DNA of 64,000 bases, from the NCBI GenBank assembly GCA_003250355.1, contig QKGS01000087.1, positions 1,608 to 65,607 on the forward strand, in the 5' to 3' direction. Origin of the DNA: Bacteroidota bacterium. GTDB taxonomy: Bacteria; Bacteroidota; Bacteroidia; Bacteroidales; SZUA-534. Position numbers and translations under genes: made by a program. The notes beneath the pieces were generated by a model that ran no database searches, was not told the DNA's origin, and saw nothing but the letters and a program-made list of their open reading frames with translations. This document shows, one piece after another, positions 47,139 through 59,300 of this stretch. The stretch's first letter is position 1. The number at the start of each line of letters is the position of its first letter.

Positions 47139-49502
47139 TTAGAATCGGAAATTGTATGATATTGAAGGCATAAAAGGGAACAAATATATTTTCTCGGCAT
47201 ATTTTTGCGATGGATTAATTTCATCTTTCACAAAATTGATTGTCCATGCGTTGTGTCGGTTATATAGGTTATAAATGGAAAAATTCCACTCACCTTCCAG
47301 CCTTTTAAGTTTGGTTCTGTTACCGTTTTTCTTAGCCTGCATAGTCATAGCAACATCGAGGCGGTGATAGTCGGGCATACGGTAGGCATTTCGTTTTGAG
47401 TAAATAGGAATTTGCTCATTGCCATGCCAGTAATTTGCTACTTCAAGTGTCATAGGGTTTCCTGTGGCGTATACCCAATTAAGTGAAAAAGCTATACGTT
47501 TATTCAGCTTATAATTTAAAACAATACTTATATCGTTAGGCTTATCGTACCCTGCTCTGTACGGATCACCATTGTTAATTTCAGGTATTATACGTTCGGT
47601 TTTCGACCTGGTATAGCTTACCCAGCCATTGAGTTTTTCCATATTAAGGCGAACCATAAATTCGGCTCCATAGGCTTTTGTTTCACCTACCCGCAGTTCA
47701 CCATCCATTTTCTCATTGAAATATAGCAAAGCAAAATCTTTAAAATCGACACTGTTCTGAACATTTTTATAATAAAGCTCAACTGAAGCTTCGATGGTAT
47801 TGCCCAAAAAATTTCTAAAAAAACCGGCCGAAACCTGATCGCAATACTGAGGTTTAATATTAGGGTTCGAGGTTATCCAAATATCGTATGGGGTACCACC
47901 GGTTGAGTTCGATGCCATATGCAAATACTGAACTGTGCGTGCATAACTGGCTTTAACCGACGAAAAATGGCCAATACGGTAAACAGCACCTACCCTTGGC
48001 TCCCAACCGGTATAAGTATTGAAAAGGTTAAATGAATTATAACGTATGGAATCAGTATTGTTATGATGCTCATCGAAATTGTAAACTGTTTCAGGGCCTA
48101 TGTTGTTAAATACTGAATATCGCAAACCGTAACGTAATGTAAGCTTATCGGTTACTGTTTGCTCATTCGACAGGTATATTCCACTCTCTAACGATTGCTT
48201 GTGCTGCAACTCCAATTTGTTGTATATACTCATACTATTGGTTGGTTTAAACACTCCCGGGTAAAACATATGGTGAGTGGTAGAAATACCAAATTTCAGA
48301 GTATTCCAGTTATTAATAGTCCATGTGTTGTCGAACCTGAAACAGAGGTCGCGCATTTTAGATTTCCAATCGAAACCCGACTCTTCGGTAAATTCCATTG
48401 TAGTAGTATTATCGTATTCGGTTACATAAGCTATAAGCTTAGTTCCAAAATTATCGCCGGCGGTATGAGTATAATTTATAGTTGCTGTTTTATTTCCGTA
48501 TTTACTAACCATAAATTCGCCTGGTTCCATTACATCTCTACCTATGTATCCGCTAAATGTTATGGTATTTTTATTATTTATGCGGTGAAATAGTTTGCCG
48601 TTAACATCCCAAAAATTTAGTTTGGCATCTTTTATTTCTTCATCGGGTATTAACGGGAAAAATAAATCGAAATAACTGCGACGACCGGAGACTAAGAATG
48701 TTGTATTTTCGCTCAATGGCCCTTCAAAAGTAGCACGACTCGAAATTAAACCTATTCCTCCGGTTAAATGGAGTTTTTCGCTATCGCCGTTTTTCATTTT
48801 TATATCAAGCAATGACGACAGACGACCACCATACATTACCGGTATATCGCCTTTATATAGTTCAAGGTTTTCAACAGCATCGTTATTAAAAATGGAGAAA
48901 AAACCCAATAAGTGCGATGCATTGTATACCGAAGCCTGATCAAACAATATAAGGTTTTGGTCAAAGTTACCGCCGCGTACACTAAACCCCGACGACCCTT
49001 CGGAAGTAGCCTGAACACCGGGCAATAACTGTATTGACTTTATTACATCGGTTTCGCCCATAAGTGTAGGTATGCTTTTTATCTGTTCCATTTCCATACG
49101 CTCTACTCCCATTTCGGTTCTGGTAAGGTTTATATCGTTGCGTTCTGCACTAACTATTACATCGTCAATAGTTTCGGTATCGAGCACAAGTGCTATATCG
49201 AGCGAAATGTCATTTTGAAGGTTCAACTCAATACTCTTTGTGGAATAACCAATAAACGATACTTGCAGTTTATATTTTCCTACGGGTAATTTGAATGAAA
49301 ATTCACCATTAAGGTTGGTAGCTGCACCACGTTTTTTTTCTACCACATATATGGTTGCTCCCACTAATGGTTCACCCGAAGCACTATCGAAAACTTTGCC
49401 GGATACTTCAGGGTTTGAAGCACCGGTTGTCTCCTCTGTTCCATTTGCCATTATAAGCAAACCAACATTAATAAATAATAAAAATAAATACTTCTTATAC
49501 AT
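47139..49502 (-). CDS. TonB-dependent receptor
   Basis: N-terminal carboxypeptidase-regulatory-like domain (SGKVFDSASGEPLVGATI), plug (QLLPGV..VRGG..DQNLILFD..N.SHLLGFFSIFN), barrel ending SISYNFRF. Confidence 0.95.
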   Translation of the reverse strand: MYKKYLFLLFINVGLLIMANGTEETTGASNPEVSGKVFDSASGEPLVGATIYVVEKKRGAATNLNGEFSFKLPVGKYKLQVSFIGYSTKSIELNLQNDISLDIALVLDTETIDDVIVSAERNDINLTRTEMGVERMEMEQIKSIPTLMGETDVIKSIQLLPGVQATSEGSSGFSVRGGNFDQNLILFDQASVYNASHLLGFFSIFNNDAVENLELYKGDIPVMYGGRLSSLLDIKMKNGDSEKLHLTGGIGLISSRATFEGPLSENTTFLVSGRRSYFDLFFPLIPDEEIKDAKLNFWDVNGKLFHRINNKNTITFSGYIGRDVMEPGEFMVSKYGNKTATINYTHTAGDNFGTKLIAYVTEYDNTTTMEFTEESGFDWKSKMRDLCFRFDNTWTINNWNTLKFGISTTHHMFYPGVFKPTNSMSIYNKLELQHKQSLESGIYLSNEQTVTDKLTLRYGLRYSVFNNIGPETVYNFDEHHNNTDSIRYNSFNLFNTYTGWEPRVGAVYRIGHFSSVKASYARTVQYLHMASNSTGGTPYDIWITSNPNIKPQYCDQVSAGFFRNFLGNTIEASVELYYKNVQNSVDFKDFALLYFNEKMDGELRVGETKAYGAEFMVRLNMEKLNGWVSYTRSKTERIIPEINNGDPYRAGYDKPNDISIVLNYKLNKRIAFSLNWVYATGNPMTLEVANYWHGNEQIPIYSKRNAYRMPDYHRLDVAMTMQAKKNGNRTKLKRLEGEWNFSIYNLYNRHNAWTINFVKDEINPSQKYAEKIYLFPFMPSISYNFRF

Positions 49503-49852
49503 TTTAAATTAAGGGTTATATAATACCAAAAAGTTACTGTTCACACACTAGACGCAAAAAATGTAATTATGGTTGCAATACAAAGCATTTTTTAACATTA
49601 ACCTAATTTACGGCAACAAATATTAATATAAGAACAGAATATAGAGCTTTAAAATCGGTAAAACAGACCTAATAATAAGGTAAAAACATTAATATACTAG
49701 TTGAAGCCATCTAATAATTCAAAATATACAATTATAAGTATGACTTTAGCAGCGAAAAAATAATATTATCATATTGTAAAAAAAATTGATAATAAACCAC
49801 TCTAATAATATTTAACAAAATATTTTATTATATTTGGTTAAAAGCTCAAAAA

Positions 49853-50347
49853 ATGGAAGAATTTAAAATAGAAATATCTGCCAAGCAATATTCTTCATTA
49901 AATGAATTGGCAGACAATGACCAAACACTTATAAAACAAGCACTTGAAGCTGCTCAAAATGCTTATGCTCCCTATTCTGAATTTCAGGTTGGTGCGGCTG
50001 TTTTACTCCAAAATGGTGAAACAATATGTGGTAACAATCAGGAAAATGCAGCCTACCCTTCGGGCTTGTGTGCAGAACGTGTTGCTATGTTTTATGCTAA
50101 TGCAAAATACCCTGAATCGGATATTACCACTTTAGCCATTACAGCAATACAAAATGGTGAACAAGTTAAAATACCAATATCGCCATGTGGAGCTTGCCGA
50201 CAAAGCTTATTGGAATCAGAAATGCGTTTTAAAACGGATATAAGAGTTTTAATGGTCGGAAAAAATCGGATTATTGAATTTAATAGTATATCTGATTTAT
50301 TGCCATTGAACTTTAGTAGTTTCAATTTGCACAATGTTGGCAAATAA
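49853..50347 (+). CDS. cdd: Cytidine deaminase
   Basis: AYAPYSEFQVGAA, NQENAAYPSGLCAERVA, SPCGACRQ. Confidence 0.95.
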   Translation: MEEFKIEISAKQYSSLNELADNDQTLIKQALEAAQNAYAPYSEFQVGAAVLLQNGETICGNNQENAAYPSGLCAERVAMFYANAKYPESDITTLAITAIQNGEQVKIPISPCGACRQSLLESEMRFKTDIRVLMVGKNRIIEFNSISDLLPLNFSSFNLHNVGK

Positions 50348-50471
50348 AATACACATTTCTGTAAAGATTATAAACCAATATATACTGCAACCAAATTTAA
50401 AGTAATTATTAAATAATAGTTACTTAATTACAAATATAACAACAACTTACATTTAAATATTCATTTGTTTT

Positions 50472-51788
50472 ATGATAAAATTATTTAACAATTTTATAGA
50501 AAAGGAATCATTATGTTCTAAAAGCCAAAAGATATTGTTGGCTGTTAGCGGAGGAGTTGATAGTGTTGTTCTTCTTGACTTGTTTGCCAAGCTGAATTAC
50601 AAAATAGCAATAGCCCATTGTAACTTTCAACTCAGAGGCGAAGAATCGACCGAAGATGAAGAATTTGTAGCCCGACTGGCAGAACACTATAATGTACCGT
50701 TATATGTAAAAAAATTCGATACCATAGCCCATGCCAAGGCCAACAAACAGTCGATAGAGATGGCTGCAAGGGAGTTGCGATACCAGTGGTTCGACGTATT
50801 GCTCGAAAAAAAAGGTTTTGATTTACTTGCTACCGGACACCACATAAACGACTCTATTGAAACATTCTTTTTAAACCTTACACGTGGAACAGGAATAAAC
50901 GGATTAACGGGCATAAAACCCAAAAATAACCGATTAATACGCCCCTTGCTATTTGCTACACGAGAGCAAATAAGCAAGTATGCAAAAGATAACAATATAT
51001 TATTCCGATACGACCAGTCGAACGACTCAACTCAATTTTTAAGAAATTATATAAGGCTCCAAGTAATACCTGCCTTGAAAAAAATAAACCCATCGTTTGA
51101 GCAGGTAATGGAGCGCAATATTCAAAATATTAAAAATGCCTCGGCAGTATTCAATTCTACTATTGATGAAACCAAAGAAAAGCTGGTTAAAGAATACGAA
51201 TCGTCGTACCATATTGATATAGAATTACTAAAACAAGTTAAGCACCATTCAATAGTTTTATTTGAAATAATCAGCAAATGGGGTTTTAACGCAGAGCAAA
51301 CTCTGAGTATATTAAATACCATTGACGAACAATCGGGTAAGGTTTTTTATTCTACTACACACCAATTACTTATAGACAGAAATAGCTTAATAATAGAATC
51401 GATAATTGCAGAAACTAGTGAGAAATGGACTTTTGCCAATGAGGAAGAACTAATAAACTCTCCCCTGTTCAATACTGCTGAAATTATTGTTATTGATAAT
51501 TTTAAAATAAATAAGAGTAAAAATTTCGCCTGCATTGATTATGATAAACTCACCTACCCGATTGAGATACGAAAATGGAAAACAGGCGATTCATTTAACC
51601 CGTTGGGTATGAAACAATCGAAAAAGCTGAGTGATTTTTTTATTGATAAAAAGCTAAACCGTTTCGATAAGAGCAAAGTTCAGGTAATGATATCGGACAA
51701 AAAAATTGTGTGGATTATGGGTATGAGAATCGATAACCGATTTAAAGTAAATTCAAAAACTCAAAGAGTTCTGTTGCTTGGGGTATAA
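50472..51788 (+). CDS. tilS: tRNA(Ile)-lysidine synthetase
   Basis: PP-loop LAVSGGVDS, AHCNFQLRG, ARELRY, TGHHINDSIET, RPLL, RNYIRL, and a C-terminal KKLSDFFIDKK. Confidence 0.96.
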   Translation: MIKLFNNFIEKESLCSKSQKILLAVSGGVDSVVLLDLFAKLNYKIAIAHCNFQLRGEESTEDEEFVARLAEHYNVPLYVKKFDTIAHAKANKQSIEMAARELRYQWFDVLLEKKGFDLLATGHHINDSIETFFLNLTRGTGINGLTGIKPKNNRLIRPLLFATREQISKYAKDNNILFRYDQSNDSTQFLRNYIRLQVIPALKKINPSFEQVMERNIQNIKNASAVFNSTIDETKEKLVKEYESSYHIDIELLKQVKHHSIVLFEIISKWGFNAEQTLSILNTIDEQSGKVFYSTTHQLLIDRNSLIIESIIAETSEKWTFANEEELINSPLFNTAEIIVIDNFKINKSKNFACIDYDKLTYPIEIRKWKTGDSFNPLGMKQSKKLSDFFIDKKLNRFDKSKVQVMISDKKIVWIMGMRIDNRFKVNSKTQRVLLLGV

Positions 51789-51790
51789 TT

Positions 51791-52552
51791 TTATAATTCA
51801 ATGGTAAGACCATCGTAGGCAGAATCGACAAACAAAGGAACATATTTTTTTATTTCACTTTGCGGGTACAATACATGGCTTATATGTGTAAAAAAAGCTT
51901 TAGTCGGTTTTATTCGTTCTATTAGTTCTAATGCTTCGTTAAGTCCTAAATGTGCTATATGAGGTTCAGGACGTATTACACTCAGAATCAATACATCAAT
52001 ATTATTGAGCTTTGTAAACTCCTCTTCGGGAATAGTTTTCACATCGGTTAAATAGGCAACATTACCAAATCTGAAACCGAGTATAGGAAGCTTATTGTGA
52101 TATGCTCGTATTGGTATTATATTTATTCCATTTACTGAAAATTCCTGTTTGCTTATTTCAATTAAATTTAATTCGGGCACACCCGGATAACGATTTTCAG
52201 CAAACACATATTCGTATTCACGTTTTACTGATTCAATTACTCTTTTTTCGGCATAAACATTTACCGGGGCTTTTTGTAAATAGTTGAATGCCCTCAAATC
52301 ATCGATACCGGCAGTATGGTCTTTATGGGCATGGGTAAGTAAAATACCGTTAATGTGTGAAATATTTTCTCGGAGCATCTGTTGTCTGAAATCGGGTCCT
52401 ACATCAATAATAAAGCGGTTATTCTGTATTTCAACCATTAGTGCGCTGCGCAATCTGCGGTTACGAATATCGTCCGATTTGCAAACCTTGCAATTGCAAC
52501 CTATTACAGGTATCCCATGCGAAGAACCGGTTCCAAGGAAAGTTATTTTCAA
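51791..52552 (-). CDS. MBL-fold metallo-hydrolase (PhnP-like)
   Basis: FLGTGSSHGIPVIGCNC..C, IDVGPDFRQQ, LTHAHKDHTAG, YLTD, FTHISH. Confidence 0.92.
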   Translation of the reverse strand: MKITFLGTGSSHGIPVIGCNCKVCKSDDIRNRRLRSALMVEIQNNRFIIDVGPDFRQQMLRENISHINGILLTHAHKDHTAGIDDLRAFNYLQKAPVNVYAEKRVIESVKREYEYVFAENRYPGVPELNLIEISKQEFSVNGINIIPIRAYHNKLPILGFRFGNVAYLTDVKTIPEEEFTKLNNIDVLILSVIRPEPHIAHLGLNEALELIERIKPTKAFFTHISHVLYPQSEIKKYVPLFVDSAYDGLTIEL

Positions 52553-52668
52553 AGCTCAGAGTAAATTTTAATTGGGCAGTAAAAATACAAAGTGAAATTG
52601 TTTTATCCGACAAAAAGGGTGAAAAATTAAACCAAACACCGATATTTGCACTCAAAAATAGAGAAAGC

Positions 52669-53373
52669 ATGAACGGAACAGTATATATGGTACCTGTAAC
52701 TATGGGTGAAAGCAGTGTTGAAAATGTAATACCTTCGGGAGTAATAAGTAATGTTGTTAGGCTCAGATATTTTATAGTTGAAAACACACGAACTGCCCGT
52801 AGGTTTTTGCGAGCTGTTGACAAAACATTTCCGATAGACGATTCTGTATTTTTTGAATTAAATAAGCACACTAAACCCGATGAAATAGAGCATTTTATGC
52901 AACCACTGTATAATGGTAACAATATAGGGGTAATGTCGGAGGCCGGTGTACCTGGAGTAGCCGACCCCGGTGCTCTGATTGTTGAATATGCTCATAGTAA
53001 AGGTATTAAGGTTGTTCCGTATGTTGGACCCAGTAGCATACTTATGTCGCTTATGGCATCGGGACTTAATGGGCAGAATTTTGCATTTAACGGTTATTTG
53101 CCCGTTAAGGGCGGCGAAAGAGTTAAAAGCCTGAAACACCTTGAAAAACGTTCATTGACAGAAAACCAAAGTCAGCTTTTTATTGAAACACCTTACCGCA
53201 ACAATGCTTTGGTTGATGATATAATTAATGCTTGTATGCCTGAAACCAGGCTTTGCATAGCTGCCGATATAAGCCTCGATACTGAATATATAGTTACTAT
53301 GCCTGTTAGATTATGGAAAAAAAATAAGCCGGACTTAAATAAAAGACCGGCTATATTCATTATTCAAGCTTAA
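52669..53373 (+). CDS. SAM-dependent tetrapyrrole-methylase-family methyltransferase (RsmI-like); likely start 52669
   Basis: VENTRTARRFL, MSEAGVPGVADPG, GPSSILMSLMASGLNGQNFAF.GYLP, FIETPYRN. Confidence 0.88.
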   Translation: MNGTVYMVPVTMGESSVENVIPSGVISNVVRLRYFIVENTRTARRFLRAVDKTFPIDDSVFFELNKHTKPDEIEHFMQPLYNGNNIGVMSEAGVPGVADPGALIVEYAHSKGIKVVPYVGPSSILMSLMASGLNGQNFAFNGYLPVKGGERVKSLKHLEKRSLTENQSQLFIETPYRNNALVDDIINACMPETRLCIAADISLDTEYIVTMPVRLWKKNKPDLNKRPAIFIIQA

Positions 53374-53375
53374 TA

Positions 53376-56300
53376 CTATTCTGCTTTTATAAGTTTTTTT
53401 ACTATTTGTTCATTATTGTGAATCCACATTATATAGTATAACCCATCTTGCAGTGCGCTAACATTTAATCGTTGGAAATACTCCCCTTCTAAAGGTTTTA
53501 CTTCCATTACTAAAGCTCCCTGCTGATTCATTAGTACCAACTTATCGGAATTGGCAACAGCCCGGCTAAATGCTATATCGACATAGCTCGATGCGGGGTT
53601 AGGATACATTATATAGTTGGCTCCATTCTCTGTTGTTAAACCAAATACTTCTTTAGCCGATATCTCAAATATTCTGTCATCTGATGTTACTGCCTGCAAT
53701 ATCTCCTTAGTATCTTCGTCTTGCACAAATGCTACTACTACAATGTCGTTGGGTTTATTTTCTGCTGTTAATAGGTAATTGAAGCTTAATGTTTCTGTTT
53801 CATTAGTATTCCAGTTTGTTTTTAAATATGTACCGCTGGCATCGGGTAGCATTTTGCGAACAACATTGTTAAATGTCAGTGTTTTATTATCGGCATTTAC
53901 TATCACGTTATTTTCAACAATGTACACTAGTAAGTGCAGGTTGCGGTTATTTATTGAATCGGGCTTATCTGTTTTTATATTGGCTCTAATATCAATGGAA
54001 GTACCTTTAGTTACTTCAAGTTGAATATCAATAACCGGCTCTTTTAGCGCACGCTTAATAATAGTAGACGATGATAAATTATCGGCTTTAGTATATGCAT
54101 ATTTAACGGTACCATCGTATACAGCATATGGTATTTGGGCTATACTGTAATACGATATTCGGGTATTTGCAGCTCCCGGATAACTCTTATACAATGGGTC
54201 GCCCGCCGGATATCCGGCATGATACTGTAGTTCTATTACATCGTTAGGTATAGTTGCAGTAACGCTGCTAATACCGTTTTCTGTTATTTGGTATATGTTA
54301 TTCATGGCATTGGTAAAGTTTTCAACTATTACCTTGCGTTCCCTGTTTCCAATTCTGATTTTATCTAATGCTACACCTTCATTTTGAACTATATCGTCGG
54401 CACCGAATGCTAAACGGAAGCGAACACTGCTTTGGTTCTTTAAAAAATCGAGGTCGTGCTTGGCTTCAATCCATCCCTTTTGACTTTCTCCATCCCATCC
54501 CTCTCGGTCGCTAATATCTCTCAATCCATTTACACTTAGTGAGTTGTGCCAGTTTACTCCGGCATTGGTTACAAAATCGCCAATGTTTTTCCATCCTGCT
54601 TCTCCAAGTCTTTCATTTGTTCTATACTGAAGAACAACACCATCGCGATTTTTCTCCAAATCTTGCCATAACCCTAAGCTAATCATAGGTCGGGTTAATC
54701 CTGTAAGGTCAAAACACGGGCTTGTTATAGCCGATTGTTCATAAGCGTTGTAACTCCCCGAAAGATTGGTTACATAAGCCTTATTTCCGTCAAGAGCATT
54801 TTTAATCAAAGCCCCGGAAGGTTCTCCTAGCTGCCACGAATATTGTACATTGTTATTAAGGCTTTCAGGAACCCAGCCTCCGTGCATTTCTTCAAATGAC
54901 TGAGTGTACTTATCGGTAACATCGAATTTTACCGACGGACGTATGGTAAGTTCTTTATTTACCTGATGAGCACATTCCGAATTTATTGACTGTATTCTAA
55001 AACTTACATTATAAGTACCTGTATCGGCATAGCTGTGTTGTATACTATGACCATTTTGTATTGAGTTATCGCCAAAGTTCCATATATAGTTGTAAATAGT
55101 AGGGTCATGTGGTGCCGATGGTGTAAACTCGACATTTCCTGAACTCAAACATTCATTTATCCAACTAAAGCTGGCATTAGGAGTTTGCTCGAAATAAAAA
55201 TCCTGTACCTTTTGATTTATACAACCATATTTAGCCTCTTCAACTGTTAGTGATACTGTTCGGCGACCGTCAACTGAGTATTTTACTTTTGGACGTGCCA
55301 CAGAATCGGCTCCCGGAGCAAATTTAGCATCGTTAGGGTCGTTCAGAGCAAAGAAACTCCATTTATACGAAACTATATCGTATTTAGTATTATCGTACCC
55401 TAAAGTAAATTGTACTGAGTCGGCAATACATTTATCGGAAACAGATAAAATCATTGATGGTATACGGTATATATATGCTGAGTCGGATGCTGTATTTTCA
55501 CAACCGTTAAAGTCGGTTACTTCGTAACGGAAATGTACATTATAATCGGGTTGAAACTTATCGGGTTCAAACGAGAAACTGTTTCTTGATTCGGGCAATT
55601 GATTTACATAAAATACCTCTCGCTTACTAACTCCGGTAAAGTTACCAACCAATGGCACCACTTCGGTACTGTTTTCGCAATATACATAGCTTGTGAGTCC
55701 GGAAATTGAAATATCGGGCAGTGGGTGTACTGTTACTGAGGTATCGGTTGTATTAGTACAGCCGTTATTGTCGGTATATGTAAACTGAACTGTATGGCGT
55801 CCTTCAATGGTTGGATTAAAAACTGCTTTACCATCGTTGGCTGTTCCGTTATTTATTACCGGTATATTATTAAAATCGCCTTTTAAAGCAATAGTAGAAT
55901 TATACATACCCTGCAACGAAACTGTACCACTCTCCTTGCAATATGAAGTGTCGGTAAAGCCTATTATTTCCAAATTTGGTATTGCATTTACTGTTATTGG
56001 CAAACTATCGGTATTGGAACATTCTAACACCGGGTCGTAGTATGAATAGTAAATATTATTAATACCCACATTAGTAGTTGTAGGTAAATAAGTTACACTA
56101 TTAGCCGATATTGTGTTTAATAATAAATCGGAGGTAAATGTACCTCCTGAAGGTAAGGCACTAAATGTTTGCAGAGTGCTGTTTGCACAAATTGATGTAT
56201 TTGCCTGTATGTTTATTTCAGGTATCTTTCTTATTTCAATATCTACAATTTTCACTATCTGACTACAAGCTCCGCTAGGATCATCGTAAGTATAAGTAAC

Positions 56301-59300
56301 TCTTGTAGTAGTAGTTACGTTGGTTACTATAAGCTTAGGATTAAATATTCCTATGGTATTTGCAATAGCGTTGCCTGAGAAAACCCCGCCCGAACGTGTA
56401 GCTGAAAGATGAACAGTATCGCCATTGGCACAAAATGATGTGTCGGCAAGATTAAGTATTTCAACATCGCCGTTATTGATTACATAAGCTGTGTCGTGTA
56501 TGTAAAATGTGGTAATATTGTCTCTACCCTTATATTCAAACACCAAAGGTACAGTTACTAAAGTATCGGTTCCGGTGTTGAGAATATTGTATGCTGTTAC
56601 CGGATTAAAAATACCCGCAGCACTTATTCCGGCACCTGAATATAAACCTCCGGCTCCATTCGAGTTCGATGTGTCGGCTATTACTAACTGATAATTGGCA
56701 TCGTAATAACAATACGAACCGTTAGTACCAAATGGCTCAAAATACCCTGTTGCATTTTCTACAACTGTTGTATGAATTACTGTATCGGAGCAACCTGTAA
56801 TTGGATTTGTGTATGCATAACTTACATTTATGGTTTTTTCGCCTGAACCTGAGTTTGCTGTTTTTGGATTAAAAACTGAATCGGCCGTATATATATTTTT
56901 ACCATACAGGTCGAACTTTCCACCCGATGGCAAACCTAATAATGTATCGGCACTTTCTTCTACGTTATAGTTATCGCGGATATTGAATGAAGCAACCGGA
57001 GCATCGTATACTATGAGCATCGCTGAATCGCGTTTTGAGCAGGTACTTACATTGGTGTTAAATATTTTCGGCGAATTGTATGTGAAATATATTTTATTTG
57101 TTTCAGCTATCACATCGGCCGGGTTAATTTTTGCTTTGCCCTTATTGGCATCAATTAGCAAGTACAAACCGTCCTGGTCGTTTCTTCCATCATCGAATGT
57201 GAATAATCCGTTTCTCGATATTTCAGTACTTTTTGCATTGCACCATATAGTATCGGACAAACTATACCTACAATACGATGACTCAAGACCCATAATTTTT
57301 AAATCGCCTATATCGTCAATGTATATTTTCTTATCAATCCAAAATTTTGTTTGTGCATCGGAACCTGTATATACATATTTAATTATATAGTTATTAGCAC
57401 TTTTCAAAACAGTAGGGTCAATTTGTAAAGTATCGCCATAAACGGTATCGCTATTGAAAACAAAATAACCATTTGAGTATGCATATCCTGCTTCTTTAGT
57501 GTAATACACTTTTATTGGTTCTTCATCGCCGCATAATATGCTGTCAGATGGAATTCCTCCAATAGTTCCTCGGTATTTTTCAACTAAAACTTTTCGTACA
57601 GTATCGTTTTTACATACTAAAGTTCCATGTGGTTCATCAAAAGTAAACTTAATATTATGCTCACCTAAACCGGCTTCTTTAGGGTTGAAAGAAGTTTGCA
57701 AATACCCTACTCCTTCGCCTGTAAATACACCACCGGCAGCCGGATTAACAGAAGTAAAACTCACCTCTTCGCCCTGAACAAAAAATGTATCTTTTACATA
57801 GAATCCAACTTCTGGCAATGCATATATTTTTACATTTTGCAAAACAGAGTCTTTACATCCGCTGGTATTATCGGTTAGCAAATATTTTACTGTTGTTGAA
57901 ACTGAATCGGTGGTGTTGAATGTTCCAATATTAAAATCGGCTCGGTTACCTATTGGGTTAAAAATACCTGTACCCGAGAATATACCTGTTTCATTGGTTT
58001 TAACATTTGGCGCTGTTATTTGTAATATACTCAACGATGCACAATATTTACTGCTAAGATCATTTATTTGTGCAGTATTACGCATATCAACAAATCTTAT
58101 CTCTTTTTCAATAGTTAACACCGAAGCATTACTCTTATATTGGAATCGAACTATATATACATCTTCGGTAAAGTCGTTAGGGTCAAATGAACCCGATGCC
58201 GAGTCGGCATATGCTTTCCAAGTAATACGCGATTCGGGAGTACCACTTGCTGTTACATAGCCTATATATTCGGTAACAGTTTCAGTTGGTTGTGCAAATA
58301 TTGATGCACTATCTGCACCTTTACAGAAATATGTTTTTAAAGGGTCACCACCGTCGGTATCGAAAAAAGAACCTGCTCCGGCTACTATCGAAGTATTTGC
58401 GGAATAGCTGTTGGTACAACCATAGCCATTGCCAACGGTGTATTTATAAGTATAGTTAGCTTCGTTTAGTACCATCATATTAATAAACCCACCTGCTGTA
58501 ATTGCCTCGCCGGTAAAAACACCACCCCCGGGAACTATACCCTCTATCTGATGCGAAGTATCAGACTTACTAAGCTTTTCGGGCAAATCGAAATATGGTT
58601 GTGCCGGCTTGGGGTTTATTACTGTCGAATATGTTGCCCCGGTATTCCATTGGCAACCATAGCTGTCGGTATAGTTATATACAACCTGCTTGGTTTGCGG
58701 AGTAACAATTGTACTATCGGTATATAATGAAGGCGAAAAAGTAGCTGTACCGTCGCCATTATCGGTTAAAAAACTGTGTGTACTTGTAAATGAACTCCCT
58801 GCTCCCGATGGCACACCCACAATGTCAATAACCGATTCGTTGTTCTGACAATATGCAGCACCCAAATTAAATACTTTCAACACAGGTTTTGCAACAAAAG
58901 TATATTTAACCTCGTTACTGTAAGCCACGTCGTTATTTGCTTGCACCCTGCGTCTGAACCATGTATCTTTGGTTATTACCCTTCCGGTAAATGTTATCGA
59001 TGCCGAATTAGCCGAAGCTGCATCAACTGTCCATCCGGTCGATGCCGTTTTGGTTTCCCATATATATGTTACTCCGCTGTTTGGAACTCCGCCCGAAGCA
59101 GCAGATACATTTACAAGTTGAAAATCAATAGCTACACCCTGGCAATATGCTGAGTCGGTAACCGAATTTACTATTTCAATAGTTCCTCCCAACAAATCGG
59201 TAGGCTCGGTAACTTTAACTGTATCGGTATATTTACAATTCTTTGAATCCTTTATTTCATAACTGTAAATTCCGGCAGTAAGAGTACCGATAGAGAAAGG

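Noticed and set aside
52441-52668. N-terminal extension of the methyltransferase in the ORF track
   Set aside because: It overlaps the divergent MBL hydrolase start; the family-typical start is MNGTVYMVP at 52669.
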